Notes: generated by a model from the letters alone, not told the origin. Shown: positions 6,479-15,924, counted from the first letter of the stretch. The stretch is 64,000 nucleotides of DNA from an uncultured Gammaproteobacteria bacterium (GCA_964523905.1 CAZFYQ010000004.1:31535-95534); one strand, 5' to 3'. Translations and numbers: made by a program.

Positions 6479-9376
6479 GTGGACGAAACTGCCAAAGATA
6501 GCAACCAATTTAAACGTATTCTGCTTTCGCGAAACTCTCCAGTGGCCCTTGTGGTAGGTGCAGCCACTTTTTTAGGGTCTCATTTGGTAGATCGGCTTTT
6601 GGAAAAGGGTATCCAGGTGGTGGGAGTTGATAGTCTGGAATATGGTAAAAGATTTAACTTATCAAAGGCCTCTGAAAATAAACACTTCCATTTAATTATT
6701 GAAAAAACCAAGGACCTAAGTTTTGATTTGGAACGCTTAGATTATATTTTTGTTACCACTCCCAAAGAGATTAATTTAGATAGTATTTTAGAGCAGTTTA
6801 AAGAAAAAAAGTCACGTCTGCTATTTGTTTCCTCAATTGATTTATACAGTGAAGAAATTCCTACGTCTTTAAAATGGTTAAAAAAAGCTGAAACTCAGAT
6901 TGCCCAATTTGCTAATGAACATCATTTAAATGCCCGGATTTTAAGACTAGGTCCAGTCTATGGTCCGAGAATGAATTTTAGTAAAACCGATCCTATGTCT
7001 AAGTTAATTCAAAGTAGTTTAGAAGGCAGCTTACAAAAAGAAATGGCTTTGGATTTTTCTAGCCGAGCGCTGTATGTTGATGATGCAGTAGAGCTATTGA
7101 TTAAGTGTCTGTTTGCCGGAGCTACTTCCTTAAAGATTTTTGATGGAGTGTTGGAAACTCCGATTAAGGTTTCGGAAATTAAGCAAATTTTGCTTGATCC
7201 GATTTGGCATGAAAACCGCGGTTTTAAGCCGGAAGAGCTACCGCCTTGGCCAACTCCTAATTTAGAAAAAACCATTAAGGTGCTGCATTGGCATCCCAAA
7301 AGTGATTTGGTAGAAAGCCTTAAAAAAACTTTAAGTTATTTTAAAGATAATGAAATAAAACCAGAGGAAGAAGCTGATGATTTACCAAAGGCAACAGAAG
7401 AGGAGCAGTGGAAAATTAAAAAAGCAGAGGAGCTGGAAGGCCTAAAAGAAGGCAACAGGCAACAGGTAACAGGCAACAGTAAGCAAAAGGACCAGGAACT
7501 AAAAAAAATAGGGGAGCGGAAAAAATTTCCCAATTTATATCCCCGAATTATTTTATTTGTGGCTTTGGCTATTATAGCTTTCGGTCTAATTTTGCCAGCC
7601 TTGGAACTTAGTTGGGGAGTGTTAACTTTTAAATACCAATTAACTGCAGCAGTAAATCATTTGCAAAAAGGGGAGTTTGACCAAAGTTTAGCTTCAGTAC
7701 AGCAAGCCCAAAGCGGGGTAGGGGTGGCAGATCAGATTTTTTCCTCGTTAGATCCTCTTCGAAAAACTCACTTTTTAAATTCTCAGTTTGCCCTAGGGGA
7801 TAGTTTTGTGACTTTATCAACCTTGTCAGTAGACTGTGCCAAAAATACTATTTTGGGAGTGCAGCAATTATATTTGGCAATCAGAAGTGTGACAGGGGAG
7901 CTGCAAGATGATCCTAATCTATATTTTGACCAAGCTAAAGTTTATCTTGCTTCCTCAGACCAAGATTTATCCAAAGCCTTTGCCTTAATTAACAGCCCGG
8001 ATTTTAAATCCCAGGTGCCGGGATTTTTAAAACCCAATATCAGTAGTTTGCAGGATAAATTAAACAATTACTCAAAGTTGGTGCAAAAAGCCCGGGCCTT
8101 AAGTATTTTGCTGCCAGAGGCAATTGGTAAAGGGGATAAAAATTATCTGGTGCTACTTTTAAATAACAATGAGCTGCGCCCGGGCGGGGGATTTATTGGC
8201 AGCTTTGCCAAGGTCAGTTTTTCCGGCGGAAAACTTAAGAAACTAGCGGTTAATGACACTTATGCTATAGATGGTCAGTTAACTGGTCATGTTGAACCAC
8301 CTAAAGAAATTAAACAAATTTTGGGTCAAAAAGATTTCTTCTTGCGAGACTCAAATTGGGAGCCGGATTTTCCAACCAGTGCTAGACAAGCTGAGTGGTT
8401 TTATAACAAAGAAACAGGGGAGCAGGTTTCTGGTGTTGTGGCTTTGGATATTTCAGCAGTGGCGGATTTTTTAAGAGTGGTTGGTCCAGTGGAACTGGCT
8501 GATTATAATAATGAAAAAATTACCTCGGATAATTTATTTGAGCAAGCCATTACTCATGCTGAAGTGGGTTTTTTCCCTGGTTCTCAGGCTAAGAAAAGTT
8601 TTTTAACTTCTTTAACTCAAGGGTTATTAAATCAACTATTTTTCCTACCTAACCAAAACTGGCCGGGGATTGTCTCATCCCTAGGAGGCTCGATTGACGA
8701 GAGACATGTCAGTGTCTACTTAGATGATCCAACACTTTTTTCCTATCTGGTATCACAAGATTGGGCTGGGTTAATGCCGCGTCCTTCTGCCCTTCCATCT
8801 GATCAGCTGCAGGATTTCCTAGCACCGGTGGAAGCTAATTTAGGCGCTAACAAAGCTAATTATTATTTGGACCGCAGTTTAAGCTTGGCCACCACGGTTG
8901 GTAAAGATGGTGAAATTAAACAAACTTTAAGAATTGCCTATATTAATAGGAGCCCCTCAGATACTTTCCCGGCCGGAATTTACAAAAACGCCATGAGAGT
9001 TTATGTACCAATTGGCTCCACTTTGCAAAGTGCCAGCTGGGGCGAAAAAGATCTGACCCCGGATATTACTAATTTCACTGATTATGGCCGGTTAGGTTTG
9101 GATTTTTATCTGGAGCTGGCGCCCAAAGAACAGAAAACTTTAACAGTTACTTATCAGCTACCTAATAAATTAACTTTCATTGGTAACACGGCCAAGTATC
9201 GTTTGGATGTAATTAAACAAGCAGGAACCATAAAAGATCCCTTTACTTGGCAAATTACCTATCCTTTAAATATGAAGCTACTTAGTTCTGATCAAGGCCA
9301 AATTGCTCCGCAAGAGCAAACCATTCAAACTGATCTGTCTGTCAACCGCAGTTTTGAAGTCACCCTGACTAAGTAA
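6479..9376 (+). CDS. fusion protein: degenerate NAD-dependent epimerase/dehydratase-like domain + TM segment + DUF4012-like extracytoplasmic domain
   Basis: N-terminal VVGAATFLGSHLV (degenerate GxxGxxG) and VYGPRM (UDP-glucuronate decarboxylase-like); central TM (LYPRIILFVALAIIAFGLILPAL); C-terminal LLLNNNELRPGGGFIGSFA reminiscent of DUF4012. Confidence 0.5.
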   Translation: MDETAKDSNQFKRILLSRNSPVALVVGAATFLGSHLVDRLLEKGIQVVGVDSLEYGKRFNLSKASENKHFHLIIEKTKDLSFDLERLDYIFVTTPKEINLDSILEQFKEKKSRLLFVSSIDLYSEEIPTSLKWLKKAETQIAQFANEHHLNARILRLGPVYGPRMNFSKTDPMSKLIQSSLEGSLQKEMALDFSSRALYVDDAVELLIKCLFAGATSLKIFDGVLETPIKVSEIKQILLDPIWHENRGFKPEELPPWPTPNLEKTIKVLHWHPKSDLVESLKKTLSYFKDNEIKPEEEADDLPKATEEEQWKIKKAEELEGLKEGNRQQVTGNSKQKDQELKKIGERKKFPNLYPRIILFVALAIIAFGLILPALELSWGVLTFKYQLTAAVNHLQKGEFDQSLASVQQAQSGVGVADQIFSSLDPLRKTHFLNSQFALGDSFVTLSTLSVDCAKNTILGVQQLYLAIRSVTGELQDDPNLYFDQAKVYLASSDQDLSKAFALINSPDFKSQVPGFLKPNISSLQDKLNNYSKLVQKARALSILLPEAIGKGDKNYLVLLLNNNELRPGGGFIGSFAKVSFSGGKLKKLAVNDTYAIDGQLTGHVEPPKEIKQILGQKDFFLRDSNWEPDFPTSARQAEWFYNKETGEQVSGVVALDISAVADFLRVVGPVELADYNNEKITSDNLFEQAITHAEVGFFPGSQAKKSFLTSLTQGLLNQLFFLPNQNWPGIVSSLGGSIDERHVSVYLDDPTLFSYLVSQDWAGLMPRPSALPSDQLQDFLAPVEANLGANKANYYLDRSLSLATTVGKDGEIKQTLRIAYINRSPSDTFPAGIYKNAMRVYVPIGSTLQSASWGEKDLTPDITNFTDYGRLGLDFYLELAPKEQKTLTVTYQLPNKLTFIGNTAKYRLDVIKQAGTIKDPFTWQITYPLNMKLLSSDQGQIAPQEQTIQTDLSVNRSFEVTLTK
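7451..7478 (+). repeat. 7-bp tandem repeat (ggcaaca/ggtaaca) x4 inside CDS
   Basis: ggcaacaggcaacaggtaacaggcaacag read directly; encodes GNRQQVTGNS in a low-complexity linker. Confidence 0.75.
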
Positions 9377-9399
9377 GTAAATTCCTGTATACTAGTTAA

Positions 9400-10242
9400 A
9401 TGGGAAATTTGGGAATTTGGGCGGCCATTGGGGCAGCGCTGGCTTGGGGTTCATATAATGTTCCATTTAAAAAATCTCATTCCAGCAATTTTATTTTATT
9501 TCAACTCTTAACGAGTGTAGGTATATTATTATCCAGCATTATTCTATCATTAATATTCGGCTACGCCTTTGATTTAAACACCTACGGTTTACTGAGTGGA
9601 ATGCTCTGGGCCAGTGCTAATGCTGTTTCTCTGGTGGCTATTGCTAATTTGGGGTTATCACGGGCGGTGCCGCTGATGTCCTCCCTGGTAGTGGTCTCCT
9701 CATTTTTATGGGGAGTATTTTACTTTAAAGAAATCCCCTCAGGTATGTTGATGGGATTTGCCGGCATTGGTTTAATTATTTTAGGCATTATTCTAATTAG
9801 CACCACTACCAAGACTTTAAGTATTAATATAAAAAAGGGATTAGCGGCGGCAATTTTTTCCGGTACTGTCTGGGGTAGTCAATTAGTACCTTTAAAGATT
9901 GCAGCGCTTCCCATAACTATTTCTTTTTTTCCAGTGGCGGTGGGGATTTTTTTAACAGCCACGATTATTGCCATAGTGGCCAAAGTTAAATTCAGTAATA
10001 TTCCTTTAAAGTACGGACTACTCAGCGGGGTAATTTGGAATCTGGGAAATTTGCTGTCACTACTATCTATTGCTTTAATTGGTTTGGCCAAAGGCATGCC
10101 GATTGCCCAAAGTGCCACTTTAATTGCCGTTTGCTGGGGACTGTTTTACTTTAAGGAAGTCACTAAATTTAGATTAAAGATGCAGGTGTTAATCGGTGCT
10201 ATAATTTTACTAGGCGGAGTAGTAATTCTCTCGCTCACGTGA
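9400..10242 (+). CDS. DMT-superfamily sugar transporter (GlcU/RbsU-like)
   Basis: 280 aa, about 10 TM helices, N-terminal GIWAAIGAALAWGSYNVPFKKS like the glucose/ribose uptake family. Confidence 0.5.
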   Translation: MGNLGIWAAIGAALAWGSYNVPFKKSHSSNFILFQLLTSVGILLSSIILSLIFGYAFDLNTYGLLSGMLWASANAVSLVAIANLGLSRAVPLMSSLVVVSSFLWGVFYFKEIPSGMLMGFAGIGLIILGIILISTTTKTLSINIKKGLAAAIFSGTVWGSQLVPLKIAALPITISFFPVAVGIFLTATIIAIVAKVKFSNIPLKYGLLSGVIWNLGNLLSLLSIALIGLAKGMPIAQSATLIAVCWGLFYFKEVTKFRLKMQVLIGAIILLGGVVILSLT

Positions 10243-10317
10243 GAATACTATGGGTTTTCTTGGGGCGAATAAAAACCTTTGGCTTGCACGCTCGGCCTGA
10301 ATGTGTTAAATTGACAG

Positions 10318-10343
10318 CTTGAATTATAATTTTTAATTCAAGT
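10318..10343 (+). promoter_or_regulatory. perfect 9-bp inverted repeat cttgaatta-N8-taattcaag enclosing a TATAAT hexamer upstream of rplY
   Basis: Read directly; TATAAT at 10325..10330; candidate operator/promoter. Confidence 0.4.
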
Positions 10344-10344
10344 T

Positions 10345-10371
10345 GTCATCCTGAGCGAAGCGAAGGATCTC
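10345..10371 (+). repeat. GC-rich hairpin motif gtcatCCTgagcgaagcgaAGGatctc (family copy 2); its 3' arm supplies the AAGGA Shine-Dalgarno of rplY
   Basis: Same flanks as 3736..3766; ends 3 nt before the rplY ATG at 10375. Confidence 0.5.
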
Positions 10372-10374
10372 ATT

Positions 10375-11127
10375 ATGGATAGACTTTCATTAAAAGCTGA
10401 GGAACGTAGTGTCCTTGGAAAAAAAGTTAAAAATTTAAGACTTAATGGCCAGCTCCCTGGTCATGTCTATGGCAAAGACGTTAGTGGAGAAAATGTACTG
10501 GTTACATCTTCTGACTTTCATAAAACCTTTAAACAAGCTGGAGAAACCGGATTAATTGATTTAAAAATCGGCGCGGAAAAAGTGCGTCCAGTCCTAATCC
10601 GTGAAGTGCAATATGATGTGATGACTGGCGAGCCAATTCATGTAGATTTTTTCCAGGTTAATTTGAAGGAAAAAGTTAAAGTACCAGTGCCAATTGAACT
10701 AATTGGTGAGGTACCGGAAAAAGTCCATTTGGGAGAAGCTATTGTTTTACAGACCTTAAACGAGGTCGAGGTAGAGGCCTTGCCAACTGACTTAATTGAA
10801 AAATTAGAAGTAGATATTTCCTCACTTAAAGAAATTGATGATGCCATTACCGTGGGACAACTGACATTTGATAGAGAAAAATTAACTGTTTCCGCCGATC
10901 CTGAAGAAGTTGTGGTTAAGCTAGCTCCAGCTGTTTCAGCTGAAACTCAAGAGTTACTAGAAGAACAAGCTGCAGAACAAGCAGCAGCTGCTGCCGAAAC
11001 TGAAGCAGGCGCTGAAAAGGCAGAGGGTGAAGAGGCTGCTGAGGGCGAGGCTGTAGCAGAGGGTGAAGCACCGGCCGAAGGCGAAAAAACTGAAGAAACT
11101 TCATCTGAAGAACCCAAAAAAGAATAA
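10375..11127 (+). CDS. rplY: 50S ribosomal protein L25 / general stress protein Ctc with acidic low-complexity C-terminal tail
   Basis: N-terminal LKAEERSVLGKKVKNLRLNGQLPGHVYGK, IHVDFFQV; the C-terminal 60 aa are an E/A/G-rich tail. Confidence 0.85.
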   Translation: MDRLSLKAEERSVLGKKVKNLRLNGQLPGHVYGKDVSGENVLVTSSDFHKTFKQAGETGLIDLKIGAEKVRPVLIREVQYDVMTGEPIHVDFFQVNLKEKVKVPVPIELIGEVPEKVHLGEAIVLQTLNEVEVEALPTDLIEKLEVDISSLKEIDDAITVGQLTFDREKLTVSADPEEVVVKLAPAVSAETQELLEEQAAEQAAAAAETEAGAEKAEGEEAAEGEAVAEGEAPAEGEKTEETSSEEPKKE

Positions 11128-11187
11128 TTCTTGCGGTGTATTTGCGTTTATTTTGCGGGAATCCCAGGCACAAATCCCCTACTTTTA

Positions 11188-13290
11188 TTACTTTGGCCAG
11201 TTTGCCAGCATAATACTATCTCCAGTATGAGGAAGTTTTTGCCAAAGTTCTTCTGTGATGAATGGCATGAATGGATGCAGTAGTTCCAAACAGGAGCGGA
11301 AAACATATTCTAAAACCGGTTGGGCATCAGCTCGTCTATCCTTAGTAGATTCAATATACTTATCCGCAAACTGATGCCAGATAAATTCATATAATGCATC
11401 CGCGCCATCATGGAATCTATATTGGTTAAGGGATTTGGTAACTTTTTCAGCAGTTTCTTTAAGTTGTTTTAGGATGGCTTGATCTTGCTCATGATTTGAT
11501 GAGGGTATGCTAGTTGGATCTAAGTGTTTTGCATCCTCCGGTGCAAAATCAATGATAAAACGGCCAATATTCCATAGTTTATTAGTAAAATTTCTCATGG
11601 CTTGTAGTTTAGGATGAGATAAAGACTGGTCATTACCAAAGGCTGTGCCATAAACCAAAGCCATCCTAACTGCGTCAGCTCCGTATTGGTCAGCAATTTC
11701 CATCGGGTTAACCACATTGCCCTTACTTTTACTCATTTTTTTACCTAAGGGATCTAAAACAGTTCCATGCAAAACAACGTCTTTAAACGGAATTTTCCCA
11801 GTGGTATAAATTCCTAGCATAATCATTCTGGCCACCCAGAAAAACAAAATATCCCGGCCGGTTTCCATAACTGAAGTGGGGTAAAATTTATCAAAATCGG
11901 ATGGATCATGGCTTGCCCTGAGCGTAGCGAAGGGCCATTGTCCAGAAGAAAACCAGGTATCAAACACATCAGAGTCACGTTCTAAGTTTGTTTCTCCACA
12001 ATTATCACATTGGGTGGGTTCTTCCCCTTCAGTTACAATCCACTGATTACAATTAATACAATTCCAGGCTGGAATCTGCGTCCCCCAAACAATCTGACGA
12101 GATATATTCCAATCCCTAATATTTTCCATCCAATTAAAGAAAGTTTTGGTATACATTGCAGGATAGATTTTTATTTGATCTTTTTTTACTGCCTCCATTG
12201 CTGGTTTAGCTAAGGGTTCAATTTTTATAAACCATTGCTCCAAAGGTAGCGGTTCAATTTCGGTGCCACATTTATAACAAACGCCCACTCGGTTTTTGTA
12301 ATTTTCATCAACTTTTTCAATCATGCCTTTTTCTTTCATTTCCTGGGCCACTGCAATTCTGGCTTCTTTAACTCTCATGCCAGCAAACTTGCCGGTTTTT
12401 TCATTAAGCCTGCCATCATAGCCAATAACTTGTCTTACTTCTAAATTATGTCTTTTGCCGATTTCAAAATCCGTGGCTGAATGAGCAGGAGTAACTTTAA
12501 CCACTCCAGTTCCAAATTCCGGATCAACTGCGCTATCTGCAATTACTTTTATTTTGGCTGGTCCTAAAACGGTTTCAATATCCAGTTCTTTCCCTATATA
12601 TTTTTGGTATCTTTTGTCATCTGGATGAACTGCCACCGCCGTATCACCAAATTTGGTTTCCGGCCTAACTGTAGCTAAAACCAAAGGGCCATATTTGATG
12701 TAATAAAAAGGAGTGGTGCGGTCTTCATAAACTACTTCCAAATCAGAAAAGCTGGTGCCATGTCTGGTGCAGTAATTAACAATCCGCTCAGCGCGATAAA
12801 TTAACCCGTCAGTATGCATTTTCTTAAAAGTTTTATAAACTAGTTTGATAATATCCGGATCCAGGGTAAATTTTTCTCGAGACCAGTCCACGGAAAATCC
12901 CAGTCTTCTAATTTGATCTTCCATAGCGCCTTTATTACTTTGCACAAAATCCCAAATCATCTGGAAAAGAGTGGGCCGATCATAGTCAAAGCGGCTCTTC
13001 TCCTTAGTAGATAGATATTTTTCAAACACCACCTGGGTTTCAAAGCCGGCATGATCAGCGCCGGGCAGCCAAAGAGTACTATCACCCAGCATCCGGTGAT
13101 ATCGGATTAAAATATCCTCCACTGTATACATGGCATGTCCAAAATGAAGCGGAGCATTGGCATTGGGTGGGGGAAGAATAATAGTAAAAGGGGAGCCGTC
13201 AGGATTTATTTCCGGTTTAAAAAATCCGGATTCCTCCCAAAACTGATACCATTTTTTCTCCACCTCTTCTTGGTTATATTGTTTGTCCAT
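11188..13290 (-). CDS. valS: valyl-tRNA synthetase (short form, 700 aa)
   Basis: PPPNANAPLHFGHA (ValRS-type HIGH region), GADHAGFETQ, DVFDTWFSS, KMSKSKGN. Confidence 0.85.
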   Translation of the reverse strand: MDKQYNQEEVEKKWYQFWEESGFFKPEINPDGSPFTIILPPPNANAPLHFGHAMYTVEDILIRYHRMLGDSTLWLPGADHAGFETQVVFEKYLSTKEKSRFDYDRPTLFQMIWDFVQSNKGAMEDQIRRLGFSVDWSREKFTLDPDIIKLVYKTFKKMHTDGLIYRAERIVNYCTRHGTSFSDLEVVYEDRTTPFYYIKYGPLVLATVRPETKFGDTAVAVHPDDKRYQKYIGKELDIETVLGPAKIKVIADSAVDPEFGTGVVKVTPAHSATDFEIGKRHNLEVRQVIGYDGRLNEKTGKFAGMRVKEARIAVAQEMKEKGMIEKVDENYKNRVGVCYKCGTEIEPLPLEQWFIKIEPLAKPAMEAVKKDQIKIYPAMYTKTFFNWMENIRDWNISRQIVWGTQIPAWNCINCNQWIVTEGEEPTQCDNCGETNLERDSDVFDTWFSSGQWPFATLRASHDPSDFDKFYPTSVMETGRDILFFWVARMIMLGIYTTGKIPFKDVVLHGTVLDPLGKKMSKSKGNVVNPMEIADQYGADAVRMALVYGTAFGNDQSLSHPKLQAMRNFTNKLWNIGRFIIDFAPEDAKHLDPTSIPSSNHEQDQAILKQLKETAEKVTKSLNQYRFHDGADALYEFIWHQFADKYIESTKDRRADAQPVLEYVFRSCLELLHPFMPFITEELWQKLPHTGDSIMLANWPK

Positions 13291-13329
13291 GTGTTTATTC
13301 TACCTTAGACTGGGATTGAAGGAAATGGT

Positions 13330-13665
13330 TTAAGATGGGACAGAAGCGGCTAATTCAATAGGTCTTAAAGCCTGGTCAAAAACCAATTCATTGTCACTAG
13401 TTACAGCCTGTACTCGATAATATGAACCATGAGGGTCCAAGGCATTATAAGAAACCTCTAAATAAATATCTCTTTCAACTAAAAAATCATTTGCCGCTTC
13501 TGAATCCGGGGATAATAATCCTGCTCCATACTGAAGAGCTAGGCGATAAGCAGGTCCTGGTACTGGAATGTGATCTGGTGTGTATGCTTCTTGATGAGCT
13601 AAATGACCAATCGCATAAGTTTCAGCCAAATCAGCATTTGCTTCTATCTCTCTTATATTAGCCAT
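13330..13665 (-). CDS. hypothetical protein (111 aa)
   Basis: ORF upstream of valS on the same strand; no recognisable motif; GC-richer by eye. Confidence 0.3.
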   Translation of the reverse strand: MANIREIEANADLAETYAIGHLAHQEAYTPDHIPVPGPAYRLALQYGAGLLSPDSEAANDFLVERDIYLEVSYNALDPHGSYYRVQAVTSDNELVFDQALRPIELAASVPS

Positions 13666-13698
13666 ATTAATTTTCGATTATAGAAACCATTCAGGTGT

Positions 13699-13727
13699 TT
13701 GTCAAGCGTAATGTAATCAGATATAAT
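13699..13727 (+). promoter_or_regulatory. sigma70-like promoter TTGTCA-N17-TATAAT for the aminotransferase gene
   Basis: Hexamers read directly with 17-nt spacer, ending 7 nt before the ATG at 13735. Confidence 0.55.
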
Positions 13728-13734
13728 CGTCCAA

Positions 13735-14943
13735 ATGTTTAAATTGTCAGACAGAATTCAAACTATTCCGGTTTCAGCTACCCGTAAACTGGCATCCTTC
13801 GCTATTGCTGCTGAAAAGCAGGGAGTAAAAATTATTCATTTAAATATTGGGGATCCGGATATTAAGACTCCCAAAGTGATGTTGGATGTATTAAGGAATT
13901 GGGATTTGGAAACTATTCGCTATAGTGATTCTAAAGGTGAGTTGGCAACGCTTAAAGCCTTAGCTAGTTATTACCAAAAGTTAGGCTTTAAACAGATTAC
14001 TGAAGGTCAGTTACTGGTCACTGCCGGAGGATCAGAGGGAGTGGTGATGGCCTTATTTGCCGTTTGTGACCCGGAAGATGAGGTAGTGGTATTTGAGCCT
14101 TTTTATAGTAACTATTCTTCAATGGCCCACATGGCCGGGGTAAAGCTTGTTCCGGTTAAAACAGAGATTAAAGATGGTTTCCATTTGCCTAAGGAGTCTG
14201 TGATTGAAAAAGCCATTACCAAAAAAACCAAAGCCATTTTGTTTTGTTCACCTAATAATCCAACAGGTACTATTTATTCTAAAGCAGAAATTCAAATACT
14301 GGTAAATCTTTCCAAAAAACACGGACTGTTTTTAATTTCTGATGAAGTTTACCGGGAGTTTGTTTTCGAAGAAAATGCAAAACATGTTTCAGTTTTGCAG
14401 TCTTTGAACCAGATTCCTGATCAGATAATTCTTTTAGACAGTTTGTCAAAACGGTATAGCTTATGTGGTGGCCGGATCGGGGTATTTGTCACTTTAAACA
14501 AAGAAGTAATGGATGGGGTGGTTAAAATTGCCAAATCTCGCTTGTCAGCCGGGTTAATTGAACAAGTGATGGCAGCCAAACTAATGCAAGTGCCGGTCAG
14601 TTATACAAAAGGAGTGATTGCCGAGTATAAAAAAAGACGGGATCTTATTTATCAAGGACTATCAAAAATTAAAGGAGTGTTTATGGTTAAGCCCGAAGGA
14701 GCTTTTTATGCGATGGTTAGAATGCCTGTTAAAGATGCTGAAGATTTTTCCCGGTTTTTACTCACAGATTTTCGAATTAATAATACGACAGTGATGTTAG
14801 CTCCCGGATCCGGATTCTACATGACCCCTGGCCAAGGATTAGATGAGGTTAGGCTGGCTTATGTATTAGACGGTAAGCAGTTAGAAATGGCCATTAAGAT
14901 TATTGATGAAGGATTAAGAGAGTATAAATTAAGAAAGGGATAG
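13735..14943 (+). CDS. pyridoxal-phosphate-dependent aminotransferase, class I/II (aspartate aminotransferase-like)
   Basis: 402 aa; SLSKRYSLCGGRIG (PLP-lysine region), NPTG, fold-type I architecture. Confidence 0.8.
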   Translation: MFKLSDRIQTIPVSATRKLASFAIAAEKQGVKIIHLNIGDPDIKTPKVMLDVLRNWDLETIRYSDSKGELATLKALASYYQKLGFKQITEGQLLVTAGGSEGVVMALFAVCDPEDEVVVFEPFYSNYSSMAHMAGVKLVPVKTEIKDGFHLPKESVIEKAITKKTKAILFCSPNNPTGTIYSKAEIQILVNLSKKHGLFLISDEVYREFVFEENAKHVSVLQSLNQIPDQIILLDSLSKRYSLCGGRIGVFVTLNKEVMDGVVKIAKSRLSAGLIEQVMAAKLMQVPVSYTKGVIAEYKKRRDLIYQGLSKIKGVFMVKPEGAFYAMVRMPVKDAEDFSRFLLTDFRINNTTVMLAPGSGFYMTPGQGLDEVRLAYVLDGKQLEMAIKIIDEGLREYKLRKG

Positions 14944-15924
14944 ACCCGGATCTGCTTGAATAGTTAAGGGATCAACTGCTTTACCCCAAAACCCAGCCGC
15001 TGCAATCATGGCTCCATTATCAGTACACAAAGCCGGCGGTGGAACATTAATTTTGATGTTTAAACTGTTGCCTGCTGCCTGTAGCCTGTTGACTAACTGC
15101 TGATTCGCAGCTACTCCACCTGCGGCTATAATTTGTTCAACACCATACTTTTTAGCTGCTGCAATAGTCTTTGTCACTAGTACATCTACAATGGCAGCTT
15201 CAATCGAAGCAGCTAAATCACTTTTACTGTAAACTGTACCCTGTAAACTGTTAACTATATTTGCTACAGCTGTTTTTAGTCCGGAAAATGAGAAATCAAA
15301 GTCCTTAGAATCCCACATTGGCCTAGGTAGCTTGTAGATATCTTTTCCTTTAGCAGCTAATCTACTAATTTCCGGCCCGCCTGGGTAAGGCAGTCCCAAG
15401 AGCCTAGCGCATTTATCAAAGCATTCTCCGGCCGCATCATCTCTGGTTCCACCCAAGTATTCATATTTTCCGTGATCTTTAAAGAGCACTAAATCAGTGT
15501 GTCCGCCGGAAACCAGCAGTCCAATGCAAGGGAATTTGGGTGGATCAGTTTCTATCCAGTTGGCATAAAAATGTCCGAGTAAGTGATTTACTGGAATTAA
15601 AGGTTTTTTCCAGATTGTGGCCAAAGTTTTTGCGGTTTCTGTACCAACTAAGAGTGAGCCAATTAACCCTGGACCATAAGTTACTGCAATCGCGTCAATA
15701 TCCTGTGGCCTGATGCCTGCTGCCTGTAAACTCTCTTGTATCACCGGTATGATACTTTTCAGTTGTTCCCTGGCTGCTTGTTCCGGAATGATTCCCCCAT
15801 ATTTAGCTTGTAGCGCAGCACTAGATGCCACCACATTGGATAATATCTGTATCCGATCATTCTTTTGTTCCAGCACCGCTGCTGCGGTCTCATCACAAGA
15901 AGTTTCTATCCCTAAAATAATCAT
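14929..15924 (-). CDS. tsaD: tRNA N6-adenosine threonylcarbamoyltransferase TsaD (Kae1/Gcp)
   Basis: MIILGIETSCDETAAAVL N-terminus, HxxGH metal site (HLLGHFY), 331 aa. Confidence 0.9.
   Translation of the reverse strand: MIILGIETSCDETAAAVLEQKNDRIQILSNVVASSAALQAKYGGIIPEQAAREQLKSIIPVIQESLQAAGIRPQDIDAIAVTYGPGLIGSLLVGTETAKTLATIWKKPLIPVNHLLGHFYANWIETDPPKFPCIGLLVSGGHTDLVLFKDHGKYEYLGGTRDDAAGECFDKCARLLGLPYPGGPEISRLAAKGKDIYKLPRPMWDSKDFDFSFSGLKTAVANIVNSLQGTVYSKSDLAASIEAAIVDVLVTKTIAAAKKYGVEQIIAAGGVAANQQLVNRLQAAGNSLNIKINVPPPALCTDNGAMIAAAGFWGKAVDPLTIQADPGLSLS

Noticed and set aside
10311-10330. TTGACA at 10311 as the -35 for the TATAAT at 10325
   Set aside because: The spacer is only 8 nt, so they cannot be partners of one sigma70-type promoter.
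12010-12213. Short ORFs antisense to, or out of frame within, larger genes: 12010..12213 in valS, 34174..34491 in groEL, 44073..44651 plus 44863..45048 plus 45084..45341 in sbcC, 45910..46170, 16101..16316, 10638..10847, 10916..11173 and others
   Set aside because: Each is entirely embedded in a longer ORF that has strong family signatures. They are low-complexity and carry no motifs, so they are treated as spurious frames.
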